Below, piece after piece: positions 1 through 6,793 of a DNA stretch of 24,622 nucleotides. Under the pieces are notes generated by a model. The model had not been told where the DNA came from, made no database searches, and saw only the letters and a program-made list of their open reading frames with translations. Origin of the DNA: a virus (taxonomy: Duplodnaviria > Caudoviricetes); the IMG/VR virus record IMGVR_UViG_3300020179_000168, positions 1-24,622 of that record; one strand, written 5' to 3'. Position numbers and translations under genes: made by a program. The stretch's first letter is position 1. Every line of letters starts with the position of its first letter.

Positions 1-1
1 A

Positions 2-79
2 ACTTCTGACACTGTTGTTACACTAGGATTTACAGCAGCACCTGCTTCTGGAGCATACACGGTAGTAATCGTAGGCTAA
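2..79 (+). CDS. 3' end of an upstream virion structural protein (partial)
   Basis: Open frame from base 2 reads TSDTVVTLGFTAAPASGAYTVVIVG and stops at TAA 77-79. The stop overlaps the AAGGAGG RBS of the next gene. Confidence 0.75.
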   Translation, partial: TSDTVVTLGFTAAPASGAYTVVIVG

Positions 80-90
80 GGAGGGCTTGA

Positions 91-393
91 ATGTCTGTAA
101 AAAGATTAGTCCCCTTACATGCGGTAGCGCTTCCTACAAATCCTTCTGGAGCCCGTATTGGAGATATTTATTATAATACGGAAGATGAAGAATTAAGATA
201 CTTTGATGGCGACGAATGGAGCTCAGTAGGCGGCGGAGCAATTACAGGACTACTTGACCATATCCATACATATGATGGAGAAATTTTTTCTGTGTCAAAC
301 AATACTGTTCCTTCAGACGGAACGGTAGACGGAGGAAGCCCATACTCAGAGTATGGAAACTTGCCAGGAAATATTGATGCAGGTGGTCCATAA
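91..393 (+). CDS. small phage virion/tail-fibre-associated protein
   Basis: Strong RBS AAGGAGG at 78-84. Carries the GDIYYNT..LRYFDG.EW motif typical of phage fibre modules, and is coupled to the next gene by TAATG. Confidence 0.75.
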   Translation: MSVKRLVPLHAVALPTNPSGARIGDIYYNTEDEELRYFDGDEWSSVGGGAITGLLDHIHTYDGEIFSVSNNTVPSDGTVDGGSPYSEYGNLPGNIDAGGP

Positions 394-1364
394 TGTCTAT
401 TATACAAATAAGGCGTGGAACCACACAACAATGGACTCAATCTCTTAGAGTTTTAAGACTAGGCGAGCTTGGGCTAGATACAACTCTTAATAAATTAAAA
501 GCTGGCGACGGCATAAGAATTTGGAACGAACTTCCTTTTATTGTAGAAGGTCCAGCCAGTACTATACCAGGACCACAAGGTTCAACTGGTCCACAGGGAT
601 TACAAGGATTAAAGGGCGACAAGGGCGACAAGGGCGACGAAGGCGATCAAGGCTTACAAGGAATTCAGGGTCTACAAGGCGATCAAGGGTTACAAGGATT
701 ACAAGGATTGCAAGGATTAAAGGGCGACAAGGGCGACAAGGGCGACAAGGGCGACGAGGGTGATCAAGGCTTACAGGGAATTCAGGGCCTACAAGGCAAT
801 CAAGGATTACAAGGATTGCAAGGATTAAAGGGCGACAAGGGTGACAAGGGTGACAAGGGTGACAAGGGCGACAAGGGCGATCAAGGCTTACAAGGCTTAC
901 AAGGAATTCAAGGTACACAGGGACCACAAGGAACTGCTGGATCGTCAACTTTTAGCGGGACAACAGATGCATCTACAGCATCAATAACTATTGATAAAAT
1001 TGCTTATCCTGCAATAACTATGTTAAATGTAACTAATAATAGTTTCCTAGCATATCAATTCTTAAATCAATACGGTGGAAGTAATCCAACTATTTATGCA
1101 ATTGCAGGAACAACTATAGGTTTTAATTTAAATGTTGCTGGACACCCGTTTTTAATTAGATTTTCAGGAGCTAATTATGATACAGGATTAATTCACGTTT
1201 CAACAACAGGAAGTGTGTCTACTGGATCTAACGCTCAAGGAAAAACGACTGGAACCCTGTATTGGCAAATTCCACAATCTATAAACGGAAACTACGGATA
1301 CTTGTGTTCTTTTCATGGCGGAATGAATGGAACTATAGTTGTTAAGGACATATCAGCATTATGA
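393..1364 (+). CDS. collagen-like tail fibre protein: Mtd_N-like N-terminus, ~41 Gly-X-Y triplets, C-terminal cupredoxin-like domain
   Basis: N-terminal IQIRRGT..W...[16 protein letters not shown]...WNELP (major tropism determinant N-terminal-like). Uninterrupted GXY run. C-terminal GHPF ... YLCSFHGGM. Confidence 0.85.
   Translation: MSIIQIRRGTTQQWTQSLRVLRLGELGLDTTLNKLKAGDGIRIWNELPFIVEGPASTIPGPQGSTGPQGLQGLKGDKGDKGDEGDQGLQGIQGLQGDQGLQGLQGLQGLKGDKGDKGDKGDEGDQGLQGIQGLQGNQGLQGLQGLKGDKGDKGDKGDKGDKGDQGLQGLQGIQGTQGPQGTAGSSTFSGTTDASTASITIDKIAYPAITMLNVTNNSFLAYQFLNQYGGSNPTIYAIAGTTIGFNLNVAGHPFLIRFSGANYDTGLIHVSTTGSVSTGSNAQGKTTGTLYWQIPQSINGNYGYLCSFHGGMNGTIVVKDISAL
570..938 (+). repeat. collagen Gly-X-Y coding repeat (9-bp units such as GGCGACAAG and GGATTACAA) with three higher-order copies
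   Basis: About 41 triplets. The block GLQ-GLK-(GDK)n-[GDE]-GDQ-GLQ occurs three times with n = 2, 3 and 5; GDE is absent from the third copy. Confidence 0.95.
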
Positions 1365-1603
1365 CAATGATACCACTAGGCGATTGGCTATACAGCATTG
1401 AGGAAAGCGAAAACCCCCCATTGCTTAATTTGATTATTAAAAACGTACCTGAGAATAAAACAGTTATGATAAAAGATATAAACTGGGCTGTTGGAAGAGA
1501 AGATTTTATTGAACATTCTTATAACATGGCAATTGAAACTATAAATGGAGCAGATCACTGCTGTCTTGAAGGAAAGGCTGTGATTATAGAAAATGGTATC
1601 TAG
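1361..1603 (+). CDS. hypothetical small acidic protein (possible fibre chaperone)
   Basis: ATGA overlap with the upstream stop, and it fills the gap between two fibre genes. No recognisable family. Confidence 0.65.
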   Translation: MTMIPLGDWLYSIEESENPPLLNLIIKNVPENKTVMIKDINWAVGREDFIEHSYNMAIETINGADHCCLEGKAVIIENGI

Positions 1604-2990
1604 AATAAGAATACGAAGAGGTACAACTACTCAATGGACTGGATCTAATGCAGTTTTGCTAACGGGTGAGCTAGGAATAGACACAACTTTAAATAAATTA
1701 AAAATAGGTAATGGAACTAGCACATGGGCTAACCTGCCGTTTTTACATGTAACTCCAGAAGAATTATCAACAGCCTTGGCAGAAACACTAAATTCTGCAA
1801 ACAGTTATACAGATACCGCAGTAACCTCTCTTGGAAATACAAGTGCTTTAACATATGTCCCTATATCTGATGTTGGAAATCCAGACGGAGTAGCGTCACT
1901 TGATGAAAATGGGAAAATACCAGATTCAGAAATTCCTTCAACAATTGCTAGAGATTCAGAGATTCCCACATCAACTACAAATATTGAAGAAGGAACAAGG
2001 CTTTACTTTACAGATGAAAGAGCACAAGATGCAGTAGGAGGTTCATTGGGATCTGGTTTATCTTATAACGATACAACTGGTGCAATCTCAGTTGATACAA
2101 GCCTTATATCTACGAAAACGTATGCTGATACAACAGCCACAGCAGCCGCAACAACAGTATTTAATAATTTAGTGGATGCAGCTCCAGAATCATTAAACAC
2201 TTTAAATGAGATAGCGGCAGCTTTAAATGATGATCAGAACTATTATACAACAATAAACAATGCTCTGTCTCAAAAATTATCTATTGCTGATGCTACTTCG
2301 ACATACTTAACACAATCTGCTGCCGCATTAAATTATTCAACCATAAGTAGTTCTGATAGCTTATACGTAAGAAAAACAGAGCCAGCCATTGATTATCTTG
2401 TTCAGAACAGCGGCACTGGGGCATATTTAGTTAATGGTCTTTTAAATGGACCAATTACTCTTCAGTTAGGCAAGCTATATAAAATTTCAGTTCAAGCATC
2501 TGGCCACCCATTTTGGTTTCAAACATCATATGGGGCATACAATCAAAACCATGTTTATGACCATCCTGGAATAACTGGGCAAGGATTAGATGCTACACAC
2601 ATACAGGTGCTTCTACCATTTGACGCACCTCAACTTTATTATGCATGTCAATTTCATGAAACTATGAAAGGATTTGTTTTAATTGAAAATCCAAGCGCCC
2701 TGCAAGTTTTTGTACAAAAAACTGGATCATATACTCCAGTTTTAAGAGATATGGGAGAAATTATTGAAATGTCTGGCGGAGGCACATTAACAATATCAGA
2801 TTCAGAACTTTTCCCAACAGGAACAACGTTTGAAGTCCTTCAAACTGGAACTTCTCAAGTAACAATAGCTGGAAATGGATTTACTATAAATTCTACTCCA
2901 GGATTAAAGCTAAGAGCACAATGGTCTGCAGCAACTGTGATAAAGAGAGGGCTTAATAACTGGGTCGCTTTTGGAGACCTAGCAGTATAA
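1593..2990 (+). CDS. tail fibre protein: Mtd_N-like N-terminus, fibre repeat, internal cupredoxin-like domain, C-terminal fibre domain
   Basis: [12 protein letters not shown]...GELGIDT..NKLKIGNG..W..LP; LVDAAPESLNTLNEIAAALNDD fibre motif; GHPF...YYACQFHETM; C-terminal GLKLRAQWSAATVIKR..NNWVAFGDL. Confidence 0.85.
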   Translation: MVSRIRIRRGTTTQWTGSNAVLLTGELGIDTTLNKLKIGNGTSTWANLPFLHVTPEELSTALAETLNSANSYTDTAVTSLGNTSALTYVPISDVGNPDGVASLDENGKIPDSEIPSTIARDSEIPTSTTNIEEGTRLYFTDERAQDAVGGSLGSGLSYNDTTGAISVDTSLISTKTYADTTATAAATTVFNNLVDAAPESLNTLNEIAAALNDDQNYYTTINNALSQKLSIADATSTYLTQSAAALNYSTISSSDSLYVRKTEPAIDYLVQNSGTGAYLVNGLLNGPITLQLGKLYKISVQASGHPFWFQTSYGAYNQNHVYDHPGITGQGLDATHIQVLLPFDAPQLYYACQFHETMKGFVLIENPSALQVFVQKTGSYTPVLRDMGEIIEMSGGGTLTISDSELFPTGTTFEVLQTGTSQVTIAGNGFTINSTPGLKLRAQWSAATVIKRGLNNWVAFGDLAV

Positions 2991-2993
2991 ATA

Positions 2994-3911
2994 ATGTCAA
3001 GATTTTTTAAAAAATTTTTTAGTAGATTTGGTATTAGAAAAGTAAACGTACCAAATTTAAGCGGATTAAGTAGATCACAGGCTAAAGCCACACTTTCTGC
3101 TGTCGGGCTTACTTGGACAGAAACAGAAAACACCACAGCAAATAGTTCTTTAGATCAAACTTTAGTAAGCCAAGGCATTGCTCACAACACAGCAGTAATT
3201 ATTGGGTCTTCAGTTCCAATAACCTACTATCAATATGTTGCTCCTCCAAATTTTAACCCTGGATTTGGCCCAGATTTCCCCCCAGATTTTAACCCAGGTT
3301 TTAACCCAGGTTTTAACCCAGGTTTTAACCCAGGTTTTAACCCTGGCTTTGAACCTCCACCTAATCCAGGGTTCGAGCCTACACCACCAGCTTTTACAGA
3401 TCTCCTTGGAGAGAATTGGACGCCATCTTTTAAAAGTGTTGGTGTTTCAACATTAATTAGAACTCCAGATGGATTAGTAAAAGCAGAAGATTTAGAAGTC
3501 GGCGACGTTTTGTTATCTTCAGATATTGAAGGTTTCCCATACACATATGAAGAAGGTGTTACTCAAGCTGCAATAAACTGGTCAGAAACAAATCCTGTTA
3601 TTAATTTAACAACAACAACTATTACTAGTATAAATAGAGTTAATTCTAGCTATGCTGTAGTTATAAACGGAGATGTGTTTTCTCAGTACCACTGGATTCT
3701 TATTAAAAGAGATGGTCAGGCAAAATTTGTAATGTCAGAAAATATTATTAAAGAAACAGATGAGGTATACTCATTTGATATAGGATCCTGGGAATCAATT
3801 CAAATGTATGAAATAGTTCCTGTAGAGCATGAAACTGTTTCCATAAACTGTGAGCCATTTGATATGTTCTGGACTGAAAGGATGTTAACACATGACTCAG
3901 TTTCAATATAA
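2994..3911 (+). CDS. PASTA domain + Pro/Phe-rich (NPGF)n repeat + C-terminal Hint (intein-like autoprocessing) domain protein
   Basis: aa ~17-80 VNVPNLSGLSRSQAKATLSAVGL...LVSQ...GSSVPITY (PASTA-like). Seven NPGF units. Hint block A SVGVSTLIRTPDGLVKAEDLEVGDVLLS from Ser148, block B-like FSQYHW, C-terminal TVSINCEPFDMFWTERMLTHDS. Confidence 0.85.
   Translation: MSRFFKKFFSRFGIRKVNVPNLSGLSRSQAKATLSAVGLTWTETENTTANSSLDQTLVSQGIAHNTAVIIGSSVPITYYQYVAPPNFNPGFGPDFPPDFNPGFNPGFNPGFNPGFNPGFEPPPNPGFEPTPPAFTDLLGENWTPSFKSVGVSTLIRTPDGLVKAEDLEVGDVLLSSDIEGFPYTYEEGVTQAAINWSETNPVINLTTTTITSINRVNSSYAVVINGDVFSQYHWILIKRDGQAKFVMSENIIKETDEVYSFDIGSWESIQMYEIVPVEHETVSINCEPFDMFWTERMLTHDSVSI
3288..3347 (+). repeat. 12-bp tandem repeat TTTAACCCAGGT (codes FNPG), four perfect copies and one degenerate copy
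   Basis: Directly visible: units start at 3288, 3300, 3312 and 3324, followed by TTTAACCCTGGC at 3336. Confidence 0.95.
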
Positions 3912-4440
3912 TATAAAAGAGTTTAAGTCGGTTGGAAACCATTATGTGCCAGAATTTTATTCTATGCCAGAAGAATTTAAAAAATGCTGGATACAAATAT
4001 CTAAATTAAATTTAAAAAATACAAAATATGCTGCATGTTTTTATTTTAATCAAGATTTTCCAGAAGGCACAGTTATAGTTTCAGAATCAATCAGATCTAG
4101 TTATCCAGATATATATGTAACATTCGACCATAACAATAAAGCAGAAAGATTATATATTAACCCAGTAATGCGTAAAAGAGGATATCTTCCCATAGCTGGA
4201 TTAGTTCTTAGATCATGCTTTTACAACTACCTTGGAATTATAGTGGACGGAAGTTCAGATAGAAGTTTTAGTGCTGATAAGGCTTACTCTAAAGCAAAAG
4301 GAATTGTAAAAGAAACCCCTGCAAAAAATAATCCAGAAATTAATTTATCCTCAAATGCTAAATATGAAATAGATCCGCCTAGGGATCCAATATATCCAAA
4401 TGTGTGGAATATTCAAAGGGTTGGTGGAAATCGTGGCTAA
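3892..4440 (+). CDS. hypothetical protein with GNAT acetyltransferase-like motif A
   Basis: RLYINPVMRKRGY resembles the GNAT acyl-CoA-binding motif (lyV.P.yRgkG). Overlaps the Hint gene end. The start codon is uncertain. Confidence 0.55.
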   Translation: MTQFQYNIKEFKSVGNHYVPEFYSMPEEFKKCWIQISKLNLKNTKYAACFYFNQDFPEGTVIVSESIRSSYPDIYVTFDHNNKAERLYINPVMRKRGYLPIAGLVLRSCFYNYLGIIVDGSSDRSFSADKAYSKAKGIVKETPAKNNPEINLSSNAKYEIDPPRDPIYPNVWNIQRVGGNRG

Positions 4441-4954
4441 TAAAATTAATTCGTTTTTTGACATATCGTTATACAATGTATTAAATGGTAATCACGAGGT
4501 ACTGATGCCCATGTTGTCTTCCTGGGAGGAAGTTGCTTGGCTAGAAAGAGACGGTGGGTACCAAGAAGGTATTATAAAAAGAGGCAATGTTACTGGATTA
4601 AATTTAGAGAATAGAAAAACCCATATGTACCTTGTATCTTCTTTTTTAGACTATTTTAACGAAAAACAAATAAATATAGAATGGGTTGCCGAGCAGGTAT
4701 TGGTAAAATTTTTAGAAGGAAGTAGCTATTCACAGCCATTTGTAAATCCAATATTTAAAGACTCGGTATGCCTAGTTTATGTTTTAACCAATAGTCATTC
4801 TGGAGGAGTAATTAACTTTTTAAATAAAAACCTTTCCCAACCTATGGACAAAGGAAACCTGTTTATTTTCCCAGCATCAGAAGAGTACGCTTTTTCAATT
4901 GAAGGAGTTTCTTCTGGAGAAATGATAGCAGCAATATCTTATATAGAAAAGTAA
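4433..4954 (+). CDS. 2OG-Fe(II) oxygenase-fold protein, apparently lacking the metal ligands
   Basis: Likely GTG start at 4433, overlapping the previous gene end (the ORF track starts at 4400). KFLEG...LVYVLTNSHSGGVINF...KGNLFIFPAS..Y...GVSSG aligns by eye with 6105..6755, but HxD and the distal His are absent. Confidence 0.65.
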   Translation: MANKINSFFDISLYNVLNGNHEVLMPMLSSWEEVAWLERDGGYQEGIIKRGNVTGLNLENRKTHMYLVSSFLDYFNEKQINIEWVAEQVLVKFLEGSSYSQPFVNPIFKDSVCLVYVLTNSHSGGVINFLNKNLSQPMDKGNLFIFPASEEYAFSIEGVSSGEMIAAISYIEK

Positions 4955-4955
4955 A

Positions 4956-5501
4956 ATGTTTGAGCCAAAAGTAATTTCAAATGTATTTAATAATTCATTT
5001 TTTGATTATATAAAAAATTATTTTCAAAATCATCCATTAATAAAAAATATATCTTATGACTATTATGGAAGCAAGCGTATTGACTCTTTTGATGATCCCA
5101 TTGTTTTGGAATGTCTAAATAATCTCACAGACTTTGCAAGGATGCATTTTGGCAAAAATGACATTGTTCCAACCTACGGAGTATTTGCAGAATATTCAGG
5201 GGAGCAGTCAAAATTAGACGAACATTTAGACATAGGTCCTTGCACGTACACCATAGATCTAGGACTTTATCACAATACCCCGTGGGACTTAATAATTGAA
5301 AATAAAAAATATCAGTTTGACGAAAATGAAGCCATTTTATTTTTAGCCAATGATCAAAAGCATTGGAAGGAAGAGTTTCCAGATCCAGAGTTTAATAAAG
5401 TGGGAATACTCCTATTGCATTGGGTAGACCCAAATCATCCGTGGTTAAAATATTCTCCAGATGTGCAAAAGCTAATTAAAAAAAGAACCTTTAAAATATG
5501 A
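4956..5501 (+). CDS. 2OG-Fe(II) oxygenase superfamily protein (phage type)
   Basis: EY....KLDEHLDIGPCTYT.DL.....WDL....ENEAILF...QKHWKEEF......LLLHWV, giving an HxD...H facial triad in the pattern of phage 2OG oxygenases. Confidence 0.8.
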   Translation: MFEPKVISNVFNNSFFDYIKNYFQNHPLIKNISYDYYGSKRIDSFDDPIVLECLNNLTDFARMHFGKNDIVPTYGVFAEYSGEQSKLDEHLDIGPCTYTIDLGLYHNTPWDLIIENKKYQFDENEAILFLANDQKHWKEEFPDPEFNKVGILLLHWVDPNHPWLKYSPDVQKLIKKRTFKI

Positions 5502-6082
5502 CAGATTTAGTAAATCAAATAAAAAATCAAAACGTTATTTATCGTATAGACAGGAAAACTATTTTAGTAAAGGGCTCAGCTCAATGTAAAAATGTATATG
5601 AAATAATTAAATCTGAGACTAATAAGAAAGATGAGGTCTATACTTTTCCTAAAATAGAAAAAAAAGACCTGGATGTTGGTAAGAATACGGAGCCTCTGTC
5701 TATATACAATGAGTCTATAAATTTACTTTTTAGGTCTATAGTTAGTTTAATTAAAGATGCCTGCGTTGAGTACAGTATTGACTATCAAAAAAATAAATAC
5801 TACATTTCCTCAAATTTATCAGAAGACCAGCTTACCGATTTTTGGTACGACACTGGCGGTACATCAAAACCAGCCTTATTTGGAATTGTTTCTTTAGATG
5901 AAGCCATAAATAAAATATTTATCAATGAAAAAGAAACAGACCTTGTGATCGGAGACATTGTTGTATCTGAGGCTGGGAATAAAGTAGTTTATGGTAGCCA
6001 ATTTAGGTCTTTAGTTTTTTATGTTTTACCACTATCAATGATTAAAAATCAGTATTCACAAAAATGGATTCCTCTGATATAA
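5498..6082 (+). CDS. hypothetical protein, possibly a degenerate 2OG-Fe(II) oxygenase/DSBH fold
   Basis: ATGA coupling. The pattern FWYDTGG...LFGIVSLD....IFIN......IGDIVV...N.V follows oxygenase strand order, with WYD where HxD would lie. Weak call. Confidence 0.45.
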   Translation: MTDLVNQIKNQNVIYRIDRKTILVKGSAQCKNVYEIIKSETNKKDEVYTFPKIEKKDLDVGKNTEPLSIYNESINLLFRSIVSLIKDACVEYSIDYQKNKYYISSNLSEDQLTDFWYDTGGTSKPALFGIVSLDEAINKIFINEKETDLVIGDIVVSEAGNKVVYGSQFRSLVFYVLPLSMIKNQYSQKWIPLI

Positions 6083-6083
6083 T
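6075..6083 (+). promoter_or_regulatory. extended -10 TGATATAAT upstream of the P4H-like gene
   Basis: TGnTATAAT overlapping the stop of 5498..6082. Confidence 0.4.
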
Positions 6084-6104
6084 ATATATAGAAATGGAGA
6101 TATT

Positions 6105-6755
6105 ATGATAATTGATACACCAATAATTGGGCTTTCGGTATACAGAAACGCTTTGCCAGAAGCGATGCAAATACCTCAAAGGTTAGAAGAAGTTCTTGGT
6201 TCTGGAAAGAGTTCGTTTTTTAAATGGTCCGACGCCTTGGTCGGAGACATGGAAAAAAAGAAAGATTATAGAGATTGTGTAGACTTTAAAATTAAAAGAA
6301 GCTCATTGTCTCCTGGAACAGAGTCTGCAGACAAAATTATTGAAATTCACGACATGATTACTGAAAAACTATATGAGTGTTTAGAAGAGTTTAGGAATAG
6401 GTACGGCATAAATAAATTAAATTATACTGAAGCAATTAACTTTGTGAAGTATGGCCCTGGTCAACACTTTAAGGTTCATCCAGACAGCGGCCCAAGTTAT
6501 CAGTGTGATGTTTCTACTGTTATGTATTTAAATAGCGACTATGAAGGCGGAGAGTTATGGTTCCCACATTTTGACTATACCTACGTGCCCCAGTATGGAG
6601 ATATAGTATTGTTTCCATCAAGTTGGCTATTTTCCCATGCGGCACTTCCAGTAAAATCTGGCACCAAGTATTCAGCAGTTACTATGTTTTCTTATAATGA
6701 TAGAAATCACCAAGATCAGGGTAAGTTTACCAGAAGGAAGTCTAGTTACCTATAA
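6105..6755 (+). CDS. prolyl 4-hydroxylase-like 2OG-Fe(II) oxygenase
   Basis: NFVKYGPGQHFKVHPD...VSTVMYLNSDYEGGELWF......PQYGDIVLFPS...SHAALPVKSGTKYS shows HxD, the distal His and the 2OG-binding Lys. GGAG RBS present. Confidence 0.9.
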   Translation: MIIDTPIIGLSVYRNALPEAMQIPQRLEEVLGSGKSSFFKWSDALVGDMEKKKDYRDCVDFKIKRSSLSPGTESADKIIEIHDMITEKLYECLEEFRNRYGINKLNYTEAINFVKYGPGQHFKVHPDSGPSYQCDVSTVMYLNSDYEGGELWFPHFDYTYVPQYGDIVLFPSSWLFSHAALPVKSGTKYSAVTMFSYNDRNHQDQGKFTRRKSSYL

Positions 6756-6764
6756 CTAATATAG

Positions 6765-6773
6765 ATGTATAAT
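6765..6773 (+). promoter_or_regulatory. -10 element (ATG)TATAAT upstream of 6794
   Basis: Intergenic TATAAT at 6768-6773 ahead of the GAGGTG RBS. Confidence 0.4.
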
Positions 6774-6793
6774 TGGGAAAGAGGTGTACGTAA

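Noticed and set aside
437-948. Alternative-frame and minus-strand ORFs with Cys/Arg/Pro repeats (437..631, 521..763, 562..948)
   Set aside because: They are shadows of the collagen-coding repeat, lie fully inside a well-supported gene, and have no RBS.
393-2990. Diversity-generating retroelement suggested by the Mtd_N-like domains
   Set aside because: No reverse transcriptase and no TR/VR pair differing at adenines were seen in the window. Mtd_N is only an attachment module.
3288-3347. Short direct repeats as a possible CRISPR array or iterons
   Set aside because: The 12-bp units are contiguous, have no spacers and are in-frame within a CDS.
3230-3544. Minus-strand (KPGL)n ORF and alternative-frame (QVLT)n ORF
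   Set aside because: They are other readings of the 12-bp repeat. The PASTA-Hint frame explains the region.
3435-3911. Classical mobile intein
   Set aside because: There is no homing endonuclease, it is not inserted in a conserved enzyme, it ends in His-Asp, and only four residues follow it.
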